Positions 19,900-28,722 of a stretch of DNA of 64,000 nt are shown here, piece after piece. The translations under genes and the position numbers were made by a program. Numbering within the stretch: position 1 is the first letter of the stretch; each line of letters opens with the position of its first letter. The stretch covers positions 1 through 64,000 of the IMG/VR virus record IMGVR_UViG_3300025098_000012; one strand, given 5' to 3'. Under the pieces are notes generated by a model that was not told where the DNA came from, searched no databases, and worked only from the letters and a program-made list of their open reading frames with translations.

Positions 19900-20268
19900 C
19901 TACGGTCTTAAGCCTAAATCTAACAGGGTCTTGTAAACGACTTTATTGACTTCTTTAAGGTCATCAGTCTTTTTAATGACCCGACCATTGACCTCTACGA
20001 TTAAGTTTTTGTAGTCATATCCAGATCCACTGCTAGTGAAACCACTGATAGAAATCTTAGTCTTTGAGGCTTCAACTTTGATAACCTTCTCTCCCTTTCG
20101 GTCGAGGACACTAGTTACTTTGTGTTGCCCTTTCTTGAACATCCACTGTAGCTGTTTCTCAAATCGGCTGAGATCTTGCCACCCAATGTGGTTACTTAGT
20201 AGTCCAAAGAGCTTTGCTTCCATGTACCTAGAAGCGACTCTTTTACTAGAATTTTGATTACTCATCAT
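19900..20268 (-). CDS. Small basic protein with RVASRY leader
   Basis: N-terminal SKRVASRYMEA; overlaps the upstream gene. Confidence 0.7.
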   Translation of the reverse strand: MMSNQNSSKRVASRYMEAKLFGLLSNHIGWQDLSRFEKQLQWMFKKGQHKVTSVLDRKGEKVIKVEASKTKISISGFTSSGSGYDYKNLIVEVNGRVIKKTDDLKEVNKVVYKTLLDLGLRP

Positions 20269-20818
20269 CTGCCTCTTTCTTAGGTTCGGGTGTATCTTCT
20301 ACACCTAGTGATTTCTTGACCTTTGCTTTGAACATCTTGATTACGAACGCATTGATTGCACCAGCACAAGCACCCATATACACATCAATCATCATAAATG
20401 GCTTTGATAAGGTATAGGCGATCCCTGCTCCTGTTAGGACTGCAAAGAGTCTTATTACAGCGTCTGATTTCTCATTGCAGGTTTTGAAGATGAAAGGCTT
20501 AATGATCTGAGTCAGAGCGAGACTCAAGATAGCCGCTACCACTACAAGATAAGCATGACCTACAAAGACATCTTGCATCGTTGGTCTAGTTTCTGATTTC
20601 AAATCAATCGACTCTGCTATGTGTTTACAGGAAACACCACTTTCAGTGATCTCACATTCTTGGTTTTCTGATCCACACAGAAGTTCATTCCCCTCGATGA
20701 TTTCGCAGAGGTCAGCTCCTTCTTCCCCTTTACTACAGAGGATTGTATGAAGATCAACGAACTGACAGTTATCTGGTAGATTAACTAGTGGCTCACTTAT
20801 TGGGATATACTTTTCCAT
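20258..20818 (-). CDS. Membrane protein, holin-like candidate (Cys-rich N-terminus, ~3 TM segments, basic/acidic tail)
   Basis: Hydrophobic stretches YLVVVAAILSLALTQII, AVIRLFAVLTGAGIAYTL, VYMGACAGAINAFVI; charged C-terminus; late motif and SD hairpin upstream. Confidence 0.45.
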   Translation of the reverse strand: MEKYIPISEPLVNLPDNCQFVDLHTILCSKGEEGADLCEIIEGNELLCGSENQECEITESGVSCKHIAESIDLKSETRPTMQDVFVGHAYLVVVAAILSLALTQIIKPFIFKTCNEKSDAVIRLFAVLTGAGIAYTLSKPFMMIDVYMGACAGAINAFVIKMFKAKVKKSLGVEDTPEPKKEADDE

Positions 20819-20878
20819 GTTTTTACCTCGCTTCGATTTTTCAATAAAGCGAGGCGATAAAGAAACTATTAAGCTCTC

Positions 20879-21412
20879 TTACAAATGAGGGGTTCTGTCT
20901 ATTACGATGACATCACCCTCTGAGTGATACTTTTTAGCGAATGACTTCCATACCCTTAGAGCCTTATCAGAGGTAGACTTTTTGTGGCAGTAGTTAGGCA
21001 TGAACAGCAAAGGCAACCTACCATGTTTAAGGAACACTTCTTTGACCACCTCAACATACATTTGAACTCCACACCTCTGGCCTTGTAGGTCTGGGTGGAG
21101 ATAAGAATTGACAACCTCTACAACAAGAACCACAGGTTCATCTTTACTGCTATCATATCGAAACATCTCGTCCTCAAACCAATACTCTTCGGATAACTTT
21201 TCAATGTCATCTGCACAAGCAAAGTGTCCTCTACCCATCTCCTCAAGAGTGTAAGTGCCTACATGGGCTTCACAGTGTCCTCTGTATTCACCATCGACTC
21301 TTAACTCAACACTAACTTTACCACCATCGCTAGACACAACTTCGATAGTGATGTTGCCCTTTTGGTATTTAGCTTTCATGTAGCGACTAGCGACTCTTTG
21401 ATAAGGCTTCAT
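20879..21412 (-). CDS. GNAT-fold acetyltransferase-like protein with RVASRY leader
   Basis: GNAT motif-A-like SYLHPDLQGQRCGVQMY followed by SDKALRVWKSF. Confidence 0.55.
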   Translation of the reverse strand: MKPYQRVASRYMKAKYQKGNITIEVVSSDGGKVSVELRVDGEYRGHCEAHVGTYTLEEMGRGHFACADDIEKLSEEYWFEDEMFRYDSSKDEPVVLVVEVVNSYLHPDLQGQRCGVQMYVEVVKEVFLKHGRLPLLFMPNYCHKKSTSDKALRVWKSFAKKYHSEGDVIVIDRTPHL

Positions 21413-22314
21413 ACTGGTTGTCCCTGTTCGTTTACTAAACCTTTAGTGTAGAGGGCATATAACTGTATGCCAACAGCAGGAACTAAGATAGCGTTCCAAC
21501 CGATTGATAGAGACTTAGCGAGCCAACCACCAGGTATGCCTGGGAATAAAAGACTTACGATAAATCCAATCCCACTTTCGGGTAGACTTTCAAGTAAGTC
21601 CGTCCACGAGATCATGCCTAGAAATCCTTTTATCAAGTCTGAGATCTTCCAACTGATCTCTGTAACATTGATCCATATGACCCAATAGAGATATGCTTTA
21701 GCAGGCATCGTAATGAGCTTCAGCAAAGGGTGCTTCTCTAAAAAGTTATCTATCCATTCCGACATATTTTTTGCTCTGCCGACCACAGGTGTGATCGTCT
21801 TTGACAACCATTTACCTAGTTCACCTGTCTTTCCTCCATGCTTTTCAAGTACGCTTTCAATAATGGAAGTGAAGGTAGGAGCGTTAGATGCGTATAGGAA
21901 CAGAAAGTGAATGATCTTACTGTCTTTCTTCATCTTCTTCTTTAGATTACCCCACCATCTCGCACCCTCGTCTAAGAGGTTTTGAAACTTCTTCGATAGT
22001 TCAAAGTAGAGCTTTGCAGGGTTCGTTGATGTGATCCCTAAAACCTCTTTGAACTTTTCCCAAAGTTTAGGAGCTTTTTGAAACGCTTGGTACAGCTCTC
22101 TTAGCTTCTTACCTAGACCTTTGATGATCGCTGTTTTGTTGTGAGCTTGTCGGAGCATACCCTCGCCAAACACGCTCAATACTCGGACATCTATCTCACG
22201 AGTGATTGTGCTTGAGACTCTAGTGTTGGGGCTGTTTTGGATCGCCCACATTGACGCTCTTAATGAAACATTTCTATGGTAATGTCGAGTAGCGACTCTC
22301 TGATATGGCTTCAT
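21409..22314 (-). CDS. Putative virion protein with RVATRHY leader and hydrophobic C-terminal helices
   Basis: MKPYQRVATRHY; C-terminal AYLYWVIWINV and GIGFIVSLLFPGIPGGWL...AILVPAVGIQLYAL; SD AAGGAG. Confidence 0.7.
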   Translation of the reverse strand: MKPYQRVATRHYHRNVSLRASMWAIQNSPNTRVSSTITREIDVRVLSVFGEGMLRQAHNKTAIIKGLGKKLRELYQAFQKAPKLWEKFKEVLGITSTNPAKLYFELSKKFQNLLDEGARWWGNLKKKMKKDSKIIHFLFLYASNAPTFTSIIESVLEKHGGKTGELGKWLSKTITPVVGRAKNMSEWIDNFLEKHPLLKLITMPAKAYLYWVIWINVTEISWKISDLIKGFLGMISWTDLLESLPESGIGFIVSLLFPGIPGGWLAKSLSIGWNAILVPAVGIQLYALYTKGLVNEQGQPV

Positions 22315-22377
22315 ATTTATACTCCTTTAATAAGTACAATAGGATGCTCATAAATAAGTTATTGAAAGGAGTCGGTC

Positions 22378-22752
22378 ATGGGAGCAGGTGTAATGCTATT
22401 ATGTGGAAACAAAACCCTCATAATGAAGAGGGACCACTACAAACACGATAAATGGTCGGGTTATTGGAACTTTCCAGGAGGTCAAGGAGAGCCAAATGAA
22501 ACGACCTATCAGACAGCTCTAAGAGAGACTGAAGAAGAGACAGGCATCACACCCGATCAATATAAAGTTGTAGATCATGTAGAGGACAAGATTTACACGA
22601 TGTATGTCGGGGTGTGTAAGGAAGAGATCGTACCTGTTTTAGATCACGAGCATACGGAGTGGGAGTGGATAGTCATCTCTAAGATACCTAGTATGACTCG
22701 TGAGATGCACCCCAAAGATTGGCGAGGGTTTAAGAAGTATTATCGGCTTTAG
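22378..22752 (+). CDS. NUDIX hydrolase
   Basis: Nudix box GGQGEPNETTYQTALRETEEETG. Confidence 0.93.
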   Translation: MGAGVMLLCGNKTLIMKRDHYKHDKWSGYWNFPGGQGEPNETTYQTALRETEEETGITPDQYKVVDHVEDKIYTMYVGVCKEEIVPVLDHEHTEWEWIVISKIPSMTREMHPKDWRGFKKYYRL

Positions 22753-22755
22753 AAA

Positions 22756-23853
22756 TCACCAGACTTGAAAGTGAACACCTAAAGACCAAGTGTTCGACCC
22801 ATCAGTTCCGTAAACCCAACCAATACCAGGAGCGATGTTGAGGTTTTTACCCATGATGTAAGGATGCCATGTACCCATCAATCCTAGATACTGATTGGAC
22901 TCGGTTAGAGAAAAGTTAGCACCTAAACGATACTGACCTTTAACAAAGTTGACGAAACTCCCCCCTATAGATAGCCCAAACTCCCCCCCTTGATAAGTTG
23001 ACCCTACAAGTAAGCTCGGCTCGAACATCTTTAGCGTTAACCCTAAACCACCTGCGGGTACTTGGGGTATATAGATGAGTTGAGGATCAAGATTGGGATC
23101 ACCAGAATACATTTCGGACTCAAGACCCTCTATATTAATAAACTTTCCTTGATCATCAAAGTACCCACCATAAATGTGTATGCCTTGGTTCTGTACAGCA
23201 CCACTACCTAAACGAGATTGGTCTTCGCCATAACTAATCGCTACTACTTTAAACGCTAAGTTGAAGTCTACACCCGAACCTTCACCAGTCCAAAGATTTC
23301 TACTTGTAAACGAGTAAACAGGTTTACCATGTAAACGGAAAGGTGATTCCCATGTAAACTTGAAAGGTTGACACCTTTCGTCTGTTCGGTTCTCACACCA
23401 CTGTTGATCTTGTGTACTTACACCTCTCCAATCTTGAGGTGGTGGGGTTGTGGGTTTTTCTCTGTCTGTGAAGTCTCCGATGCGTGTTACACCTGCTTCT
23501 ACCCTTGACTCCATACGAACAAATCTTCGACTAATCGCATTGATTTTCGCTCCTGTCTCAGAGGTGTATCTGTCTATAGCCTGTTGTGTTCTTTGATCAA
23601 GACCACTAATGATTTCTGACGCTCTTTGTTCAAGCGTAGCTCGATCAACCATCTGAGACTGCACAGTTCCTAGTTTGGTATTTATCGCCGCAATTTTCGT
23701 AGCGTTATCATTAAGAACTCCATTTAGCTGATCTTGGATCGTAGCGTCCATCTGTTGCATTTTGTAGACAGACCAAGCGTTGCCCCCTACAGAAACCAAG
23801 AACAGGCTCAATAGAGCGTAAATACCATATTTTAGGTTCGCCAACTCAACCAT
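22756..23853 (-). CDS. Membrane-anchored coiled-coil protein with C-terminal beta-barrel-like domain (spanin-like candidate)
   Basis: N-terminal TM (YGIYALLSLFLVSVGGNAW), heptad-rich helical region, C-terminal amphipathic strands ending WSLGVHFQVW; SD AAGGAG. Confidence 0.6.
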   Translation of the reverse strand: MVELANLKYGIYALLSLFLVSVGGNAWSVYKMQQMDATIQDQLNGVLNDNATKIAAINTKLGTVQSQMVDRATLEQRASEIISGLDQRTQQAIDRYTSETGAKINAISRRFVRMESRVEAGVTRIGDFTDREKPTTPPPQDWRGVSTQDQQWCENRTDERCQPFKFTWESPFRLHGKPVYSFTSRNLWTGEGSGVDFNLAFKVVAISYGEDQSRLGSGAVQNQGIHIYGGYFDDQGKFINIEGLESEMYSGDPNLDPQLIYIPQVPAGGLGLTLKMFEPSLLVGSTYQGGEFGLSIGGSFVNFVKGQYRLGANFSLTESNQYLGLMGTWHPYIMGKNLNIAPGIGWVYGTDGSNTWSLGVHFQVW

Positions 23854-23894
23854 AGTAAATCTCCTTCGTTTAGATGGAGATACTATACCATGTC

Positions 23895-24227
23895 TTAATG
23901 AGCAAACACTCGTAGAACTGTTGTCCCCTCAATAAGATAGAGTCCACCTAGTCGTAGATTTTGTGTAGTACGCTGAAGGCTGTGAACCATATCTTTGAAG
24001 GTATTCATCTCTTTTGGGTCTACTTTTAGTACAATAAAACCACCATCGTGAATACCATCGTATGCAGACATAGTGGTCTTTTCCACAGAGATGAGATGAG
24101 GGTATGTGTGATCTTCAATGTAGTCTTGAGCATGGAGTCCAAGCTCGTTGAGTTTTTCTTCAAAAGAAGCGTCCTGCATCGTGTTTACTTTTCTCGATCT
24201 ACTCTCAAAGCGATTTATCATAGACAC
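23895..24227 (-). CDS. Hypothetical protein
   Basis: 110-aa ORF, last of a closely packed minus-strand run. Confidence 0.6.
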   Translation of the reverse strand: MSMINRFESRSRKVNTMQDASFEEKLNELGLHAQDYIEDHTYPHLISVEKTTMSAYDGIHDGGFIVLKVDPKEMNTFKDMVHSLQRTTQNLRLGGLYLIEGTTVLRVFAH

Positions 24228-24228
24228 C

Positions 24229-24474
24229 CTATTCTTTATCTTCTACGACAATGATCTCTCGTGTCGTCTTACCTGTGTTGTAGTCGATGTTCTCTCGAAC
24301 CCGAAAGACAGGTTCGGGGGCAGGCTGTGGTGGTCGGCTGTAGTAGCGAACTTCATTTCGCCACCGACCACCAACTTCGACCCATACAGTCTCTCCATTT
24401 TCCATTCGTTTGTAAGGCATATTCATTCTCCTTTTTAGATTGTTTTGATAACTTCCCACCAGCCTGGACCACAT
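24229..24474 (-). CDS. Small hypothetical protein
   Basis: Closely packed in the operon; real start probably the internal ATG after AAGGAG (~24426). Confidence 0.5.
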   Translation of the reverse strand: MWSRLVGSYQNNLKRRMNMPYKRMENGETVWVEVGGRWRNEVRYYSRPPQPAPEPVFRVRENIDYNTGKTTREIIVVEDKE

Positions 24475-24671
24475 TGTTCGGTACGCTGTAGGACTAAGGT
24501 TTGTGAGCCAAGAGGTTCAAGGTATTCACGATGTGTTTTGTCATATCCATCGCCACCTTTGGAGCGTAAGAGAGCGTCTGCTGAACAGACAAGCATCTCG
24601 TTAAGCCCAAAGTATTTAGCTCCGAATAATCCACACTGATCGACATCTGTGTAGATCTGCATACTCGCCAC
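24435..24671 (-). CDS. Small hypothetical protein
   Basis: Immediately downstream of the DUF1874-like gene. Confidence 0.5.
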   Translation of the reverse strand: MASMQIYTDVDQCGLFGAKYFGLNEMLVCSADALLRSKGGDGYDKTHREYLEPLGSQTLVLQRTEQCGPGWWEVIKTI

Positions 24672-24674
24672 CTG

Positions 24675-25067
24675 TCAATGCTGAAGCATTGAGAGGGGGA
24701 TCTGCTGGATCACTTGGAAGATACACTCTTTAAAGTGTTCGACTACGAACTCTGTGTCGTTTCGTGAACTTGCTGAGGGCTGTATGATGACCACCACATC
24801 ACCGTCAGAGAGGCTGACATTACCACCGACACACTCGCTCTTGGTCAGACCTTGAGCGAGAGCCACAGTAGACTCATGGCGAGGGTTGATAGCGTTGGAG
24901 AAGGTTATGTTCGACCCCATTTCAGCGAGACTGACGATAGCCTTAGCTTGGTCAACATCAATGTTGACTTTGTGGCATAGAGCTTCATCAATTAGCATCC
25001 GATTGCTGAAAGCCGAGCTGAGGATGATTCGTGATGTAGGTGCTTTGAAGATGTTTGCGATTGTCAT
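24675..25067 (-). CDS. DUF1874 / AcrIII-1-like cyclic oligoadenylate ring nuclease candidate
   Basis: RIILSSAFSNRML and NAINPRHESTVALAQGL match the family signatures (YLxNAFSxNML; SxGHxSTxxL); VSLSDGDVVVIIQ follows; SD AAAGGAG. Confidence 0.62.
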   Translation of the reverse strand: MTIANIFKAPTSRIILSSAFSNRMLIDEALCHKVNIDVDQAKAIVSLAEMGSNITFSNAINPRHESTVALAQGLTKSECVGGNVSLSDGDVVVIIQPSASSRNDTEFVVEHFKECIFQVIQQIPLSMLQH

Positions 25068-25112
25068 GTGGTTCTCCTTTCAAGAGAGAGATTGTGTTGA
25101 TGACATAAAGGT

Positions 25113-25128
25113 ATAAATAAGGGGTTAC
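25113..25128 (-). promoter_or_regulatory. Early-type motif copy 1 (GTAACCCCTTATTTAT)
   Basis: 61 nt upstream of the DUF1874-like start; near-identical copies at 35157, 35386 and 36028. Confidence 0.6.
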
Positions 25129-25188
25129 GCTTTGCCTTTTCTCATATAATAAGAGGATGCAAGCTGTACTTATAAGGAGGTGCGACAT

Positions 25189-27918
25189 ATGTTTGCCGAT
25201 ATGCTTGAGTCATTAAGACGACCAAATATACAACCCAAGTTGTGGATGAAAGATTGCGAGTTAATCTTAGGCACAAAGGAAAACCTAGACCAATGTATTG
25301 ATGAGTGTATCAACAGCGTTGCGTATGGGCTTGACCTTGAGACAACAGGTCTTGATAATCGTGTGTTCAACGGACGCACAAGAGATACGATTGTAGGGGT
25401 CTGCTTGTCAGCCCATAAGGATAAGGGGTACTATTTCCCTGTTGGTCATCAAGAGGGTGTGGAACATAACATTCCTTGGAGATTGATGTATCCTGCACTT
25501 GAGCGTCTGCTTGACCTCTCTGTGAAAGCAGAGCCTATATTCCACAACGCCGCTTTTGACCAAGAGTTTTTGGAGTTCAACGAGTACAAGTCGGGTCTTG
25601 GTGAGGAGCGTTGGGACTCATTTGAATGGCACGACACCTATATCATTCAGTATCTCTTGAACCCTCGTGAAAAAGGTGGTCGAGGACTAAAGCATTTAAC
25701 TAATGCCCACCTTGAGCGAGAGATGATTGAGCTATCAGATCTTATGCCCGATGCTCCCGACAAGAACTACTCCAAACTTGATGTGAGTTGGGAACCATGT
25801 GTTTGGTATGCCGCTAGTGATGCAATGTGTACGCTTGGACTATGGGAAGTACTTTATAAGAAGTACACCGAAGCTAAAGAACACACTAACTCGATGTATA
25901 AGTTAGAGCGTATGTGTCTACTTTCAACTCGTTGGATGCACAGAAATCGTGTCTACATTGATCGAGACACAGCCTTAAAGTATAGCCAACAGGGGCAGAA
26001 GCTATGGTTCGACTCTCTGATTGATGTCTATGATGGAGCAAAAGAAATCTTAGGTCGAGACATTACCCCTAACTATGTTCGAGTCCTTAAAGGAGATCTG
26101 AAGGGAGAAAACAAGTTTAACCACATGGAAGTGGAGGGGATGAGCTATAAGACTCGTGTAGACGAAGCTCGTAAAGAAGCCTCTCGACTTTACCCCGATG
26201 AAAAGGGAGTAGTCACTAAGGCTGTGAAGATTATCGGTAAGAGTGTAGGTACAGAGGAGATTGAGTTTCCACTTACTTATGACATCCTATCCCCTCAAAA
26301 GCTCGGCTTGTTATTTAGAGAGTTGAGTGTTCCAGGTCTTAAGGCGAGTGAAAAATCGGGTCAGGTCGTTACTTCCAAAGACATTCTTGAAGAGGTCATT
26401 GAGAAGGCTTCTGATGACTTTCCATTTATGGCTAAGGTTAAGACCTTTCGTGAGCTTGGGAAGGCAATGGGTCAGTATCTCATTCCATTTGTAGAAGATG
26501 TTGGACCAGATGGGACTCTCAAGCCTAAGTTTGATCAGTTTGCCGCTGACACAGGTCGTTTTTCATGTAAGACGAATAGTAAGCCTTGGAAAGTTAAAGA
26601 TGGAGGGTGTCGTGTTCCCTTTCAAGGCATACCTGCTACCTATGACCCAAATAAACCCGAAGCTGTTGCTAAGATGCGTTCTTGTGTGGCTGTGCGTGAT
26701 GACGATTGGTGGTTAGCGGCCATTGATTACGCAGGTGTAGAGCTTCGGCTAGTTACGAACTTGAGTCTTGAGCCTAAGTGGATCAAGGCTTTCTTTGAAT
26801 GTTCAGAATGTGGCACAGCTTACCCACAAGAAATTCAAGAAGACGGATTCGCCAAAGCACCTCCATCTAACTGCGTGAACTGTGGGTCTGATAAGATTGG
26901 AGACTTACATACGATCACAGCAGTTGCGTTTTATGGCGAGGGAGCTAAGAAGCGTGATGATTGGAAAGCGTTAAGAGGTAATGGTAAGGGTTGCAACTTT
27001 GCTTTGTCTTATGGTGGTACAGGTAAGGCTGTTCAGCGTACTATTGGTTGTTCAGCCGAAGAAGCAGATGAGAAGTTCAAGAAGTTTACATCAACTTATA
27101 GTGAACTGACTAAATGGTGGTCTAAGCAACACAACTTTGGTCGTAAGCATGGATATGTAAAGACAGGTATGGGTCGTGTTCAACCATTACCCGACATCAA
27201 GTCTGATGACTTTAGGTTTAAATCCAAAGATGAGCGTAAGGCTGTTAATGGTCCAGTACAGGGTACGAGTGCTGATGTCACCAAGTTGGCGATGAGCTTC
27301 ATCTACCAAGAGACTAAGAAGCGTGGTTGGCAAGATAAACTGATGATGATCTTGACCGTCCATGACGAAATCGTGTTCGAGATCCATAAGTCGATCTTGA
27401 AAGAGGCGATTGATATGATCTCCGAGATGATGACTCGCAACAAAGTGATTAAGCGTCTAGGTTGGCGAGTGCCTTTACTTGTCGATGTTGAGCTTGGTAA
27501 GGATTGGACTGTTCCTTTTGATGTGAAAGATGTGATTGCAGGAGAAGCAGGGGATAAGGTCATTAACGCTAAGTACAAGTGCAAGGATTGTGGTGAAAAG
27601 ACTCCTCGTGACCCTAAACCGACTGCGTGTATGCACTGTGGTTCGACTAACATTAAAATTGATTACAAAGATGACTTCATTGCCAAGATCAAGAAGCAGA
27701 CGGAACAACTTTATGCCGACTATGGGGTAAATCCCGATGAAGTTGTCAAAGAGGTGGTTGTAGAAGACCCTGTTGAGAAATCGTCCGATAAGCCCACCTT
27801 TTGTGTTGAGGGACTGACGGAAGAAATCGCAAAAAACCTGTCCGATTGGATTAAATCGCAAGATGGTGAGTATGATGTGGTATATGAAGGACGGAGTATT
27901 ATTGCATTATTAGAATGA
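25189..27918 (+). CDS. polA: Family A DNA polymerase with 3'-5' exonuclease and two zinc-ribbon insertions
   Basis: Exo motifs DLETTG, HNAAFD, YAASD; polymerase motifs A (IDYAGVELR), B (RGNGKGCNFALSYG), C (TVHDEIV). ATG 25189 has AAGGAGG 8 nt upstream (the track uses GTG 25180). Confidence 0.96.
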   Translation: MFADMLESLRRPNIQPKLWMKDCELILGTKENLDQCIDECINSVAYGLDLETTGLDNRVFNGRTRDTIVGVCLSAHKDKGYYFPVGHQEGVEHNIPWRLMYPALERLLDLSVKAEPIFHNAAFDQEFLEFNEYKSGLGEERWDSFEWHDTYIIQYLLNPREKGGRGLKHLTNAHLEREMIELSDLMPDAPDKNYSKLDVSWEPCVWYAASDAMCTLGLWEVLYKKYTEAKEHTNSMYKLERMCLLSTRWMHRNRVYIDRDTALKYSQQGQKLWFDSLIDVYDGAKEILGRDITPNYVRVLKGDLKGENKFNHMEVEGMSYKTRVDEARKEASRLYPDEKGVVTKAVKIIGKSVGTEEIEFPLTYDILSPQKLGLLFRELSVPGLKASEKSGQVVTSKDILEEVIEKASDDFPFMAKVKTFRELGKAMGQYLIPFVEDVGPDGTLKPKFDQFAADTGRFSCKTNSKPWKVKDGGCRVPFQGIPATYDPNKPEAVAKMRSCVAVRDDDWWLAAIDYAGVELRLVTNLSLEPKWIKAFFECSECGTAYPQEIQEDGFAKAPPSNCVNCGSDKIGDLHTITAVAFYGEGAKKRDDWKALRGNGKGCNFALSYGGTGKAVQRTIGCSAEEADEKFKKFTSTYSELTKWWSKQHNFGRKHGYVKTGMGRVQPLPDIKSDDFRFKSKDERKAVNGPVQGTSADVTKLAMSFIYQETKKRGWQDKLMMILTVHDEIVFEIHKSILKEAIDMISEMMTRNKVIKRLGWRVPLLVDVELGKDWTVPFDVKDVIAGEAGDKVINAKYKCKDCGEKTPRDPKPTACMHCGSTNIKIDYKDDFIAKIKKQTEQLYADYGVNPDEVVKEVVVEDPVEKSSDKPTFCVEGLTEEIAKNLSDWIKSQDGEYDVVYEGRSIIALLE

Positions 27919-27928
27919 GAGTAAGCAT

Positions 27929-28516
27929 ATGAAGCCCAATAAAGATTTCTTTTTAGAGTGTAATGAGGGTGGGTTAATGAGTCCACCAGAGTTTGAACGC
28001 ACTTTTTGTAATCAATGTAAGAACCGACAATGTGTTCGAGCTGATTGGGCTTTTAGCACTTGGGATAAGCGTATCCTTACTCAAGTAGATCGCTTATTAA
28101 CAAACCCTAACATCGTACTTCAAGCAGAAGCGAGTCGATGGGAAGGTGTTTCAGACTTTGAGGGTTTTCAAGAGCCACAAGAGATAGAGGTGTGGGGTGT
28201 CCCTCAAGAACCACAAGCACCTTTGATTGTAGATGATGAGGAAGATACAATCCCTGCTCCTCCTGTAGAACCTCCAGAGATTGAAGAGGAAGAAGATGCT
28301 GTGGTAACCTCAGCACCTAAGATCGACTTACAGCCTCAGCCGATACCTCAACCACAGGTGTATCATAACCCTTTGAATACACCTCCACAAGAAATCACGA
28401 TAGGTGAAGCACCTAAGCCTGCTCAAACACAGTCTCGCCCTAAGAGGTTTCAAGAAGACCCCTGGGCAGTTTCTGAAACGCTACCTGTAGGTGGCAAGTT
28501 TAAGATGGGGAAGTAA
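27929..28516 (+). CDS. Hypothetical protein: Cys-cluster N-terminus, Pro/Glu-rich disordered C-half
   Basis: CNQCKNRQC motif; PAPPVEPPEIEEEED linker. Confidence 0.7.
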   Translation: MKPNKDFFLECNEGGLMSPPEFERTFCNQCKNRQCVRADWAFSTWDKRILTQVDRLLTNPNIVLQAEASRWEGVSDFEGFQEPQEIEVWGVPQEPQAPLIVDDEEDTIPAPPVEPPEIEEEEDAVVTSAPKIDLQPQPIPQPQVYHNPLNTPPQEITIGEAPKPAQTQSRPKRFQEDPWAVSETLPVGGKFKMGK

Positions 28517-28518
28517 GT

Positions 28519-28722
28519 ATGATAGAGCTAGTAATATGTAAACACATCCGTAATGGGTACAAAGTCGTTTTACCTAAAAGCATGAATGTAAAGGTCTTAC
28601 CTAAATACACTAAAGGGATTGTATCTAGCCCATCCGAGTTGAAGCCTAATGATAAGATTAAGTTTGTAGGGTGGGTGTCAGCTTCAAATGATGATCGTTC
28701 ATTATGGCGAGATTATCTTTGA
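28519..28722 (+). CDS. Small hypothetical protein
   Basis: Fills the gap in a tightly packed operon. Confidence 0.45.
   Translation: MIELVICKHIRNGYKVVLPKSMNVKVLPKYTKGIVSSPSELKPNDKIKFVGWVSASNDDRSLWRDYL

Noticed and set aside
26797-26892. Intein in the DNA polymerase
   Set aside because: The insertion is only ~35 aa, Cys4-type, with no C-terminal HN or LAGLIDADG motifs.
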